Shown: positions 19,416-29,144 of the stretch, piece by piece
How positions within the stretch are numbered: the first letter of the stretch is position 1
How the letters are laid out: the number at the start of each line of letters is the position of its first letter
Assembly (NCBI GenBank): GCA_963806535.1
Contig: CAWDYC010000003.1
Span: 288,001 to 352,000 of the forward strand
DNA: 64,000 nucleotides
From: Candidatus Bathyarchaeota archaeon
Lineage (GTDB): Archaea > Thermoproteota > Bathyarchaeia > Bathyarchaeales > Bathycorpusculaceae
Direction of reading: 5' to 3'
Made by a program: the position numbers and the translations under genes
Notes under the pieces: model-generated
Told to the model about the DNA's origin: nothing
Database searches by the model: none
What the model saw: the letters and a program-made list of their open reading frames with translations, nothing else

Positions 19416-20336
19416 ATGAATAAATCGAATCGTCTGCTGATTTGCATAGTATTGACTTCAACGGTGTTTACGTGTAGCCTAGTACAAGTTAGGGCAGATG
19501 TTGTTTTTCAAGATAACTTTGAAAGCGGGAATTTCAGCAAATGGACAGTAGTCGGTTCGCCAAATATGGTTACAAAACCCATCTTAGACGGAAATGCCTA
19601 TGCAGCACAATTCGCATTAAACTCGACCGATACTCAACCTGGCGGAATTTCATATGGCATTTCATATTTGCAAGCAACTTTTCCGTCCTCAAACACAGCG
19701 ACACTTGAATTCTATTTGCAGACAGATACACTTTCTCAAAGTGGTTCCCTTGACGTGGCTGAAATAGCTAGTCCAAGCAATATTCCTCTGTCGCAGGACA
19801 CCCCTTTAATTTTCTTATCTATATTGCCTCTTAAGAATGGAAGTCTGGTGTGGGCTTTTACTTATCCGTCAGGCGAAAACACGCCAATTGGCAGTCAAAC
19901 CAGAGTAGACAATTTCTATACCAAGTACACCCAATCAAGCGTGCAAACAGACGCATGGTACAAATTCGACATTGCAATATCTTCTAGCAGTAATATAATT
20001 CAGCTATCAATAAACAATTCACCAGTATTTACAGCTACGAACCAATTCATTTGGAATCCAACTGTCTTCAAACTTGGCAACATTGAAAGTTATAATTATA
20101 GCAATGGAAACATCTACATTGATGATATAACGGTTTCAAATACAGCAAACATCTCTCAATTAGAATCAACTCCCTCACCAACGTTAATTCCAACAGCAGC
20201 CCCAACTCAAGCTTCTTCACCTTCACCAACGCCTACATCCACCATTCCAGAATTTCCAGTATTGACAACTCCAACATTGCTTATCCTGATGGTAGCTGCT
20301 GGTTTGTTAGTAAACCTCAAGAAACACAAGCGTTGA
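19416..20336 (+). CDS. Secreted surface protein (lectin/LamG-like beta-sandwich) with PEF-CTERM-like tail
   Basis: Signal peptide, FQDNFESGNFSKW, IYIDDI, P/T/S linker, IPEFP + TM helix + KKHKR. Confidence 0.75.
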   Translation: MNKSNRLLICIVLTSTVFTCSLVQVRADVVFQDNFESGNFSKWTVVGSPNMVTKPILDGNAYAAQFALNSTDTQPGGISYGISYLQATFPSSNTATLEFYLQTDTLSQSGSLDVAEIASPSNIPLSQDTPLIFLSILPLKNGSLVWAFTYPSGENTPIGSQTRVDNFYTKYTQSSVQTDAWYKFDIAISSSSNIIQLSINNSPVFTATNQFIWNPTVFKLGNIESYNYSNGNIYIDDITVSNTANISQLESTPSPTLIPTAAPTQASSPSPTPTSTIPEFPVLTTPTLLILMVAAGLLVNLKKHKR

Positions 20337-20680
20337 AAACAATTGGTTTTGGGCTTGCAAATAAAACGTCGCAAACTTGGACAAAATTGTGTCACTCAAA
20401 AAAAATTCTGAGTGGTTTGTGTGGTTTGCGAAAGACCAAGCTTGATTAAAAAAGAATTTAGTAGAAGTTGCGTGTTTCTTTGTGTTTCTCGGCTTCGTCA
20501 TAGAAGCGCAGAACTTCATCAACGATTTCAACATTTGAGAGCAAAATGCCTCTGCTAACTAAATGCCTCAGAAAGAATTTCCACTACATCCAAATGGATT
20601 CTAATACTGGACTCCTAAAAAGAAAACTTGGCCCAGCACCGCCCGTGCCAGTTATCGCAAAATTTTATTCTTTTGAAAAA

Positions 20681-21046
20681 CTATAGGTCGTTAAGAATTT
20701 TTTTGAATTGCTGCTGCAAATTTGGTAAATCGGTTATTGCCGTGTTCCACATAGAAGGCCAATCTGCACTAAAGTATTCATGAGTGAGTTCATGTCTCAT
20801 TCCGCATAGTTTTTCATAAGGTATATGATAGTAATAGAATAGCTCCTTCACTTTTTTGTTTTTTGAAACTGCCCAGACAGCTTCAGAAATATCTCGCAAA
20901 ACATCCTTCAATGCATGCATTCTTATTTTTTGTTGAATAAACGCCTCATACGTTAATCCATATGTTATTTCTTTTAGGTCATCGATGTACTCTAGAATTT
21001 CTTTAACGTATAATTTAGGATCTCTGCGTTCCAAATTTTTCGTCAT
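20681..21046 (-). CDS. HepT-like (DUF86/HEPN) ribonuclease toxin
   Basis: RHELTHEY (Rx4HxY) motif. Confidence 0.88.
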   Translation of the reverse strand: MTKNLERRDPKLYVKEILEYIDDLKEITYGLTYEAFIQQKIRMHALKDVLRDISEAVWAVSKNKKVKELFYYYHIPYEKLCGMRHELTHEYFSADWPSMWNTAITDLPNLQQQFKKILNDL

Positions 21047-21357
21047 ACGTTAACAGCTTCTTTTAAAACCTGATCTCTTATGTGCTTATTCAGAAATTCT
21101 TTTGAAATTACATCTACTTTCAGATGTAGCTTTCGCTTAAGATACTGTTTTAAGTCATAAATCGTGAAAAGGCTAACAGCTGCCGAATACGTAACCAAAA
21201 TATCCAAGTCACTCTCCTCCGTTTGTTCTTTTCTGGCAAAGGAACCAAAAATATCAATGGTTTCAATGCTGAACCTTTTCTTCAAAGTAGGCTTCAGTGC
21301 TTCAAGTTGCAATTTGACTTCTTCCAGTGACTTTACTTCAAAGGTCTTTTGAACCAA
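21043..21357 (-). CDS. MntA-like minimal nucleotidyltransferase antitoxin
   Basis: FGSFARKEQTEESDLD (GSx10DxD); overlaps the HEPN gene by 4 nt. Confidence 0.9.
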   Translation of the reverse strand: MVQKTFEVKSLEEVKLQLEALKPTLKKRFSIETIDIFGSFARKEQTEESDLDILVTYSAAVSLFTIYDLKQYLKRKLHLKVDVISKEFLNKHIRDQVLKEAVNV

Positions 21358-21519
21358 ATCTTTTCTTCGCCCTTTTCAGTTGAATTATGTATTATTTTTT
21401 GCTAATAAGGATTTTCGGTTCACCAATGATTTACAAATTCCACTAAAACTTCTTGTTAAATTAATTTGGGAGCACTCAACTTTGTTTTTGCTTTAAGGCT
21501 TTGTCGAGCAGGAGGAGGA

Positions 21520-21552
21520 TAGTCAATAAATCTTGACTAATCGCAGTCAAGA
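21520..21552. repeat. Overlapping inverted repeats
   Basis: TAGTCAA..TTGACTA and TCTTGACT-6nt-AGTCAAGA. Confidence 0.7.
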
Positions 21553-21599
21553 CCCCTTTACGAGAAACCTTATAACAAAAACTGGTTCCAGATGTAAGT

Positions 21600-22904
21600 A
21601 TGGGTAGTTTCAACAAGAGCCTTTTACTATTTCTTACCCTTGCCCTATCCATTTCAAGCCTCTTAGTAGCTGATACTATCCCAGTTGGATTGGCTCAAAA
21701 CGGTACAAACGTCAACAGCGGAATAATAAACTCAGATACAACTTGGACCAAAGCAAACAGTCCCTATAATCTTACAGGTCCTGTAGCTATAAACCAAGGA
21801 GTCACATTAACCATAGAACCTGGAACAATTGTCAACCTTAATTATTTCTACATACAAGTAAACGGCACACTAATGGCGCAAGGAAGCTTGTCAGACCCCA
21901 TTATTTTCAATGGAGACAGAACAGGTGATGCCGTTCTTTCTTACGTTAACTTTTCACAATCCAGCAACAACTGGAATGAACAAAAAGAAACCGGCAATAT
22001 AATCGAAAACTGTCACATTAATGAAATCTCAATAAATGTAAATAACGCTTCACCGAAAATAAATAACAACCAAATAACCTCTAAAGAAGTATCGTATAAG
22101 GAAGGTGGAGGAATTTTCGTAAACGGTGGCGACCCAATAATTTCAAACAACAACATTAAAGCCAATGGAGCAGTTTCGATTAGTAACGGCTCACCTCTCG
22201 TTCAAAAAAACACGATCAGCGGATTTATGGGAATAATAGTAAGCGCAGGTTCACCGATAATTGCAAATAATGTTATGACTGGCATTGAATTTACAGGATG
22301 GACCACTGCAATTTCTTTCCCAGACGGAAGCACAGGCGATTCATATATTTCCGACAACACCATCAGCAATTATGACTTCGCAATTCAAGTGGTTCATTGC
22401 AGTAACATTATAACGATTCAAAGAAACCTCATCAATAACAGTACAATAGATACCTCTCAATCACAAGTCATAATTCAAAACAACACCCTAACGAATGCAT
22501 TGATTTACGTACATGCGGGACCAATCATAACTTATAATAATTTCCAAAATAACGTGAAGATTTCGTTGACAAGCTCAAGCAACGTTATCGCAACTTACAA
22601 CTGGTGGGGAACAACCAACCAGCAAGTAATCAACGAGACAATCCATGATTACAAGAACGATTTCAACTTAGGAACAGTAAACTTTGTCCCATTCTTGACA
22701 GCACCAAACCCGCAAGCAATTCCTAACATAACCGCATCAATTCCAACGCCTAATGTATCATCTTCTCCGATTTCAACGACTACCCCAGCGACTACTTTAA
22801 CGCCGACGGTTCCAGAGTTTCCATCATGGACAACCCTATTGCTAGCTGCTCTAATGTTGACGGGTGCCGGTTTGCTGGTTTACTTCAACAAACACAAACC
22901 CTGA
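21600..22904 (+). CDS. Right-handed beta-helix surface protein with PEF-CTERM-like tail
   Basis: Signal peptide, TTWTKANSPY, repeated P.I.NN.I units, NWWG, VPEFP + TM helix + KHK. Confidence 0.85.
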   Translation: MGSFNKSLLLFLTLALSISSLLVADTIPVGLAQNGTNVNSGIINSDTTWTKANSPYNLTGPVAINQGVTLTIEPGTIVNLNYFYIQVNGTLMAQGSLSDPIIFNGDRTGDAVLSYVNFSQSSNNWNEQKETGNIIENCHINEISINVNNASPKINNNQITSKEVSYKEGGGIFVNGGDPIISNNNIKANGAVSISNGSPLVQKNTISGFMGIIVSAGSPIIANNVMTGIEFTGWTTAISFPDGSTGDSYISDNTISNYDFAIQVVHCSNIITIQRNLINNSTIDTSQSQVIIQNNTLTNALIYVHAGPIITYNNFQNNVKISLTSSSNVIATYNWWGTTNQQVINETIHDYKNDFNLGTVNFVPFLTAPNPQAIPNITASIPTPNVSSSPISTTTPATTLTPTVPEFPSWTTLLLAALMLTGAGLLVYFNKHKP

Positions 22905-23164
22905 AAACAGATCGCAATCTTGAATAAAATTATATTACTCAAAAAAAAATTCTGAGTGTTTGCGAAAGAACAACCTTAATTAAGAAAAATTTAGTGAAGT
23001 TGCGTACTTCTTGCGTTTCTTGCGTCATATCCTCTTCACCAGTAATTTTTGAAAGGGGTTGCTGAGGCTCTTGAACAGACTAAAAGAAGAAGAGAAAAAA
23101 GCATTCACAACTTCTACAAACATCACATAATTAAAAGCTCACTTAAATCAAAAAGTGTATAACC

Positions 23165-23869
23165 TTAGGATTCTTTTCGTCTTGTCGTTATGACTCTAAC
23201 TATTACAGCCAAAGTTACAACAATTGCTAGCACAGCAGCGGTAATTAAGGCAACTGAATGTTGAATATAGAAAGGTAAGTTACTTTTGGTAGGCAAACTT
23301 AAGCCAAAATGCGCAATCGTAACATTACTGGCTGCAGAGTTGATGATCAATGTATTGTCGGGCAGGAGATTCCAACCTTGACCTTCGGCGAGAACATCAT
23401 TTTTGGGAATGATTACGCTCCACTCGGCTGGCTCAGTGGGGCCTGATGAGTTAAGGTCAAAGTTAACCATTTGCTGACCTTTGCCTTCCACTGTATAGCT
23501 CAGTAAGCTTACGGAAAATGAGTTATTGACTGTAACATAAGCCAATATTGTAACATTTGAATCCTGAGTAGAAATCGTCAAATTTCCAACGCTCTGAATA
23601 TCGTTTATTCCGAAACCGGGCATGCTTTGATTATTCAATGTTAAATCCGTGAATGTCCAGGTGTTATTCTTCAATGCTACTTCTGAATAGGAACCGTTTA
23701 CTGCAAAACTGATTGAGCCGTTAAGGTTGGGAATGGTGAATTTGTCGGCGCTTGTGAAAGTCTGGTTCGTTTGGGCTTGTGAAGTTGGAAAATAACAAGA
23801 AATTACCAATACTAATATGATAACCGCTCCTAATCCTATCAGGGTTTGTTTGTGGGTAGTTTTCTTCAA
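23165..23869 (-). CDS. Hypothetical secreted, C-terminally anchored protein
   Basis: N-terminal signal/TM, Asn/Thr-rich beta region, C-terminal TM + basic tail. Confidence 0.7.
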   Translation of the reverse strand: MKKTTHKQTLIGLGAVIILVLVISCYFPTSQAQTNQTFTSADKFTIPNLNGSISFAVNGSYSEVALKNNTWTFTDLTLNNQSMPGFGINDIQSVGNLTISTQDSNVTILAYVTVNNSFSVSLLSYTVEGKGQQMVNFDLNSSGPTEPAEWSVIIPKNDVLAEGQGWNLLPDNTLIINSAASNVTIAHFGLSLPTKSNLPFYIQHSVALITAAVLAIVVTLAVIVRVITTRRKES

Positions 23870-23895
23870 ATCTTATCGCAGCACAAGAATTCTGT

Positions 23896-24909
23896 TCAAA
23901 ATGGAGTATAAGGCTTTTCGACGTTAACGCGAGTATGCAGTCTCAACGGGTTAATTATTGCTTTTTTCGGTACTTTTCGTCGATAGACAAACATTGCCAC
24001 TACAATGGCTATAAATGCAATCGAAATGGCGATAACTGGAAGGACAATTGAAGCGTTAAATAGCCGTTGATTGGCGTTTGGTTCAAGAACGGTTGCGTTG
24101 TTGGGGTAACCTTGGCTTTCCCAGTATCCAAGATAGTTTGAATCGTTCGAAACGTTGATTTCCGTTAACCACTCAATCCATTTGTACCCATACTGGTTTT
24201 TAGCTACTAGAAATAGAGGCCATCCCGTTCGGTCTGTTAGGGTAACGTTGTTCATTTTGTAGGCTATTGTAATATTGTTCTGTTTCACGTAGCTCAATGG
24301 TAGAGACGTTGAGTAACCGTCTTTTGCCAAGAAAATCAGAGTTGTTGCATTTGGGCTTACATCTACGTGCTGAAGAAGGTCCTCGATTTGTACCCCTTGC
24401 CATAATAAGGTTACACTCCATCCTTCCACACAGGGAAGAGTAGCCACTTGCAGAGTCGAATTGAAGTTGTTAACGATGTCATCGTAGCTATAATTTGTTG
24501 GGTTATTTAAGAGGCCAGTAATTGCTAATTGGTAGGTTGCTCTATCCAGGCTCTGTGTTCCAGCAATTGCAACGTCAGGATGCTCATTTAGATAATCGAT
24601 GTAAACACTAATGGGTGTTAGATTTTGGCCTTGATACTGACTTACTTCGTCTGGGAAAAGAGAAGATGTTGGTGTCGGATGTGAGATGAGAGTGGAGGTT
24701 GGAGTTGAAGTTGGAGTTTCAGTCGCTTTAATTGTTGAAGTTGGAGTTTTTCCGGTTGGAAAAGAAGTCGAAATAGGCGTTGAGGAAGGGGATGGAGTCG
24801 ACGAAGACTTAGAAAAGTTTTGAACAAAAAACACCACTGAAATAATTAATATGATAGCTACGAAAAGTAAAATCAGAATTGTTATCTTATTTCGTTTAGA
24901 AATTTCCAT
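23896..24909 (-). CDS. Membrane-anchored sulfite-oxidase-family molybdopterin oxidoreductase (MsrP/YuiH-like)
   Basis: LPCVEGWS..W.GV, DGYSTSLP, GWPL.LV..YGYKWIEWL, GYWE..GY. Confidence 0.85.
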   Translation of the reverse strand: MEISKRNKITILILLFVAIILIISVVFFVQNFSKSSSTPSPSSTPISTSFPTGKTPTSTIKATETPTSTPTSTLISHPTPTSSLFPDEVSQYQGQNLTPISVYIDYLNEHPDVAIAGTQSLDRATYQLAITGLLNNPTNYSYDDIVNNFNSTLQVATLPCVEGWSVTLLWQGVQIEDLLQHVDVSPNATTLIFLAKDGYSTSLPLSYVKQNNITIAYKMNNVTLTDRTGWPLFLVAKNQYGYKWIEWLTEINVSNDSNYLGYWESQGYPNNATVLEPNANQRLFNASIVLPVIAISIAFIAIVVAMFVYRRKVPKKAIINPLRLHTRVNVEKPYTPF

Positions 24910-25480
24910 CTATAATTCATTATTATGAAAGTTGTATTTATCGGTAACGAAACGCTCTATTTTTTGCTCACGGCAGCTTAGCATCAACATTTATTTCATA
25001 ATTTTTTCAATAAATATACATTGTTTCCTGAACCATGAATGAGACAAGCTCCATAGGATTTGAATTATTTTTGGTTCAAATCGATATCAACACTTTTTCA
25101 AAAAACATTTCTGGCGTTAAGATTGGTCGGATAACTATTCAACTAATCTTAAACAAAAAGCAAACAGAGCCAAACCTATTATGCTTAAGAATGACGGCCC
25201 ACTGGGAATGCAACTCCATGAAGCGATAAGTACACAACTCCTTTTCGGCTAACGAGAACGAATAAAGACCGTTGACCATATCGATTAATGCGAATAAGTT
25301 ATTTTAAGGTCCCTCCTGCAGGTGGAAAAAGTGGATATTTGGCATTTGTTTTGCTCTTGCCTCTTCTTCGAAATTATCACGCAATATGGCGTCAGGATCG
25401 ATGGTTTGATCCAAAAAGAATTCTTTAAACTTAGGTTTTATAGCAAAGTAATGCTTAGTAGGTGTTGGGAGAAAACAGGT

Positions 25481-25789
25481 TTGGAATATTTACTTCTCTT
25501 AATTTCTATTCTAGTAACATGTATAATCTTAAACTTGGGATTCAAACTTCGAATTTTTGAATCATCAAAACAAGAAGTGATTGTTCTTGTTTCACTTTTT
25601 ATTATTGGAACTGTTTTAGACAGCTTTGCAGTGTTGAGAGGATATTGGAGCTATAGTGAAAACGTAAACTTTTTTGTAGGAATAAAAATCGGTGTGTTGC
25701 CGATAGAGGAATACCTATTCATGATAGTTATTCCCTATCTGACATTAACAATCTTCGGATTAATAAGAAAAACAAGCGCAGTTCATTAG
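25481..25789 (+). CDS. Lycopene cyclase domain-containing membrane protein
   Basis: D.FA..RG.WSY..GIKIG.LPIEEYLF motif; TTG start inferred. Confidence 0.7.
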   Translation: MEYLLLLISILVTCIILNLGFKLRIFESSKQEVIVLVSLFIIGTVLDSFAVLRGYWSYSENVNFFVGIKIGVLPIEEYLFMIVIPYLTLTIFGLIRKTSAVH

Positions 25790-26007
25790 TAATAAAGCCA
25801 AATCTGATTTTGCAGATGTAAACTGACCTTTATTTCAGTTTCGCATCAGTTTTTATTATCAAAATAGAAAAAGTGGCATGCCACCAACATACAAATTTTC
25901 GAAAAAGATGAAGAATGAAGAACTTGAACTCACAGCCAGAATAAATGATATGCAGTATTTTTCTGCGGAAAACAACGAATCCGAGTTGATTATATTTCTG
26001 CTGAGCA

Positions 26008-26442
26008 TCATAACGGAGAAGCGGAGGAAGGATAGCGGCCCATTGCTTCCAATATTTCATCTGAGAACGATGTTTTTCCGAGATTTCGCACAAAATCGGA
26101 AGCCACAACTATCCCAACTAACTTGTTCTGCTTCAAAACCGGAAGTCGCCTAATCTGATTATTTGACATCACTCTAGCAGCTTCTTTAAGTGAAACATCA
26201 GGATCAATCGTTATAAGAGTTTTAGACATAATTCCCGAAACTTTGGTTTCTCCAGGCAATTTTTTCGCGCAGACTCTTCGGACGATATCTCTTTCAGTAA
26301 CTATGCCAACAGGAACTTCGCCATCCATGACTACTAAACACCCCAGTTGATTAGAACTCATAAGCTCCGCTGCTTCAAAAACGCTATTATTAACGTCGAT
26401 TGAAACAACATCTTTTGTCATAATATCTTTCACTGATGGCAT
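26008..26442 (-). CDS. CBS domain pair protein
   Basis: VKDIMTK..GIVTERD; IRRLPV..LVGIV. Confidence 0.92.
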   Translation of the reverse strand: MPSVKDIMTKDVVSIDVNNSVFEAAELMSSNQLGCLVVMDGEVPVGIVTERDIVRRVCAKKLPGETKVSGIMSKTLITIDPDVSLKEAARVMSNNQIRRLPVLKQNKLVGIVVASDFVRNLGKTSFSDEILEAMGRYPSSASPL

Positions 26443-26510
26443 AAGCTTTCTTAAGAAGAATCGACCTAAAAAAGATTTTTAGGTCTCATTAAAAACTAAA
26501 GGGAAGTTTG

Positions 26511-28190
26511 CTATGCGTTTTCTGCGGATTTTGGTTGTTCATTAACGTATTTTCCGCCTCTAAACGCAGAGCAAACCGCAGCTATAATGCACAATACCGC
26601 ACCGATAATGAACGCTTCTCTAAGGGCAGTCATGAATGGTGCTGAAATCGCATTTGGGAAAAACGTTGATCCAGTGAGATAATTCATCGTTGATGCGGGT
26701 ATAGAGCTTACTAACGAAGCAGGAAGGGTGTGAAGTATAGTTGCGACAGGGTTGTAACCAAGAAACGCTCCAAATAGAGCGCCTGAGGCTGGAGTAGAAC
26801 TGAAGACGTGTGCAAGCTGCGGAGATGCACCAGCACTGGTAACTGCCGCCGTAAGGGCACCCGGAAGAGTTGCGCTAAGCGACACTATGATAATAGTGAA
26901 AAATACAGCCTGGCTTATCATCATCGCACTATTCTGTATGGTCGCACGCATTCCAGAAGCTGCACCTCGACACTCTGCAGGGATGGAGTTCATTATCGAT
27001 GCCATGTTAGGAGAAGCAAACACTCCACCACCAATTCCCATTACAAAAAGTACTGCAGCAAATGCTAAGTAAATAAAATCTACAGGAAGCAACACGAAGC
27101 CTATGAAAGCAACTGCGGAAATCACCATGCCTAAAGTAGCAAGCAACCTCGCTCCATGCTTGTCTGAGAGCCAACCGCTGATTGGCCCAGTTAAAACAAA
27201 ACCTATTGACATAGGAATCATGAAAATTCCAGCCCAAAATGGTGTCGAATCAAAGCTGTAGCCGTGGAGAGGAAGCCAAATCCCCTGAAGCAGTATAATG
27301 AGCATAATCATGACTCCCCCTCTTGACATTGAACTGAAAAATGAAGCAAGGTTACCAGCAGTAAATGCTCTTATCTTAAACAGATCAAGCCTAAACATTG
27401 GCTCAGCAACATGATTCTCTATGAATGGAAAAGCAACTAGGAGACTTACGCCTGAGACAAGGGAAGTAATGACCCATGGATTAGTCCAACCCATAGACGA
27501 GTTTCCATACGGTATTAAACCGTAGATGAAACCTGTCAAAACCAGTGTTAAGCCACCACCAAAAGCTATGTTGCCCCAAACATCCAACTTCTGGTGTTTC
27601 TTGATGTTGCATTGCTCTTTAAGCTTCAAGTATGACCAAACGGTACCTATCACGCCAACCGGGACACTTACCAAAAATACTAGCCGCCAGTCAATAATCG
27701 CTAAAACTCCACCAAGAACTAAACCAATTAAAGAGCCGGCAAGAAAAGCTATCTGGTTTATTCCAAGTGCTTTTCCACGTTCGTTACTTGGAAAGGCATC
27801 AGTTATTATTGCAGCACTATTTGCAAAGAGGAATGCACCTCCGATTCCCTGAACTATTCTGAAAACTATTAATTCGATGGCGCCCGCGTTACCTTGATTA
27901 GGGGTTATTGAAAGTAGTATCGAGCCAACCGTGAAGATCAGGAACCCAAGGTTATAGAGCTTCACCCGCCCAAACATATCCGAGAGTCTGCCAAAAGTAA
28001 CAAGCAATGTCGCCGTAACAATGCTGTACCCGAACAATATCCATAGCATATACTGGAAAGATGAGAAAGGATCAATGTTGATTCCTCGGAAGATGGCTGG
28101 CAACGCAATCATAACGATAGTGCTATCTATTGAAGCCATTAAAATGCCAAGAGTCGTATTCGAAAGCGCAACCCACTTGTACTCAACCAA
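26511..28190 (-). CDS. MFS transporter (DHA2-like)
   Basis: GRLSDMFGRVK motif A, RIVQGIGG, about 14 TM helices. Confidence 0.92.
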   Translation of the reverse strand: MVEYKWVALSNTTLGILMASIDSTIVMIALPAIFRGINIDPFSSFQYMLWILFGYSIVTATLLVTFGRLSDMFGRVKLYNLGFLIFTVGSILLSITPNQGNAGAIELIVFRIVQGIGGAFLFANSAAIITDAFPSNERGKALGINQIAFLAGSLIGLVLGGVLAIIDWRLVFLVSVPVGVIGTVWSYLKLKEQCNIKKHQKLDVWGNIAFGGGLTLVLTGFIYGLIPYGNSSMGWTNPWVITSLVSGVSLLVAFPFIENHVAEPMFRLDLFKIRAFTAGNLASFFSSMSRGGVMIMLIILLQGIWLPLHGYSFDSTPFWAGIFMIPMSIGFVLTGPISGWLSDKHGARLLATLGMVISAVAFIGFVLLPVDFIYLAFAAVLFVMGIGGGVFASPNMASIMNSIPAECRGAASGMRATIQNSAMMISQAVFFTIIIVSLSATLPGALTAAVTSAGASPQLAHVFSSTPASGALFGAFLGYNPVATILHTLPASLVSSIPASTMNYLTGSTFFPNAISAPFMTALREAFIIGAVLCIIAAVCSAFRGGKYVNEQPKSAENA

Positions 28191-28304
28191 GGTTTTTCAC
28201 TGAAATTTTATTGGATGTGTATAGTGTGAGATAAAAAGATTGTCTCGCAAGCCCGGGTTTCAGAATAGCACGTACGACCCCTTTTCCTCTGAAAATGAAT
28301 TAAG

Positions 28305-28380
28305 CGGGCCCGCTGGGATTTGAACCCAGGATTCTCGGCTCCGGAGGCCGATGCCTTAATCCGTGCTAGACTACGAGCCC
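28305..28380 (-). tRNA. tRNA-Arg(CCG)
   Basis: GGGCTCG..CGGGCCC acceptor stem, TCGGC-CT-CCG-GA-GCCGA anticodon arm, GGTTCAAATCC T arm; CCA not encoded. Confidence 0.95.
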
Positions 28381-28425
28381 ACAATTGACAAACCAAATAT
28401 GACAGTTAATTTAAAGCTAACCTTG

Positions 28426-28935
28426 TTATTCCTGGATCAACTCTTCAGCTATCCACCAAGCCTTCTTCTTGCCAGACCGTTCGCCAGCGTAATATTCAAT
28501 TATGGATTTTCCAACTTGCTTTTTTGATGTTTTCTGAATTTTTCTAAGCCTGTTAAGTATGAGCCATCTGTTGGTTTTGACATATTCAGCAAGTTCAGGG
28601 GTGGTTGCGCTTTTATAATGAAGCAGATATTCCATTATTTTATGATCTAAATCATCGATGCAGTAAGAGTGAGGATTTATTTTTCCATGCTCAAAAGTTA
28701 GCAGTTCTAAGTCAGCCAAGTATTTTCTGATTTGACCAAATTCCTGTTCTATTTTGCCCATCCTATCTTCTAAAGCTAAGAGTTTATCGGCTTTAGGTGT
28801 TTTTTGAAGTTTTTCACTTATGGCTTCTCGAATAAAGTTGCTTCTGTCTCCTTCTGGAATACGCAAAGACATTTCTTGGAATACTTCTTCAGGAATCTTT
28901 ACTGTAACTATTCTGACCTCACTCAACACCGACAC
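28426..28935 (-). CDS. RHH + coiled coil + wHTH hypothetical regulator
   Basis: IVTVKIPEE..RSNFIREAI RHH; C-terminal ATTPELAE..NRL helix-turn-helix. Confidence 0.6.
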   Translation of the reverse strand: MSVLSEVRIVTVKIPEEVFQEMSLRIPEGDRSNFIREAISEKLQKTPKADKLLALEDRMGKIEQEFGQIRKYLADLELLTFEHGKINPHSYCIDDLDHKIMEYLLHYKSATTPELAEYVKTNRWLILNRLRKIQKTSKKQVGKSIIEYYAGERSGKKKAWWIAEELIQE

Positions 28936-29144
28936 CTTTGCAATTCTTATGGATCCTCTTATTATTTCATGGTTTCTCTAAAGTTATCAATTTATAAAAA
29001 AAATTTGCCGCGGTTATCCTAAAGACACTATTTGGACCAAAAATAAACAAATGAATTTTTAATATCGATCGGCATGAAAATACAAAACAGTAAGGCAATA
29101 ATATTTATTTGGGAAGCACAAAGTAGAGGGTACGGTGACTTAAG

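Larger units (their letters stand above)
20369..23020. repeat. ~120 bp imperfect direct repeat (20369-20490 vs 22912-23020) downstream of both PEF-tail genes
   Basis: Shared TCGCAA..ACTCA-A(n)-TTCTGAGTG..TTTGCGAAAGA..ATTTAGT.GAAGTTGCGT..TTCTT, with internal inverted repeats. Confidence 0.8.

Noticed and set aside
19094-23164. Canonical integron attC sites
   Set aside because: The spacer palindromes lack clear RYYYAAC/GTTRRRY ends and no IntI gene is present; reported instead as an unclassified cassette-like array.
24910-25480. Short ORF 25035-25229 and the N-terminal extension from 25322
   Set aside because: No motifs or recognisable start signals; probably non-coding or decayed DNA.
16390-28380. 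Complete provirus integrated at tRNA-Arg(CCG)
   Set aside because: No integrase, portal, capsid or tail gene and no convincing duplicate of the tRNA 3' end; the GC-rich patch near 20630 matches only weakly.
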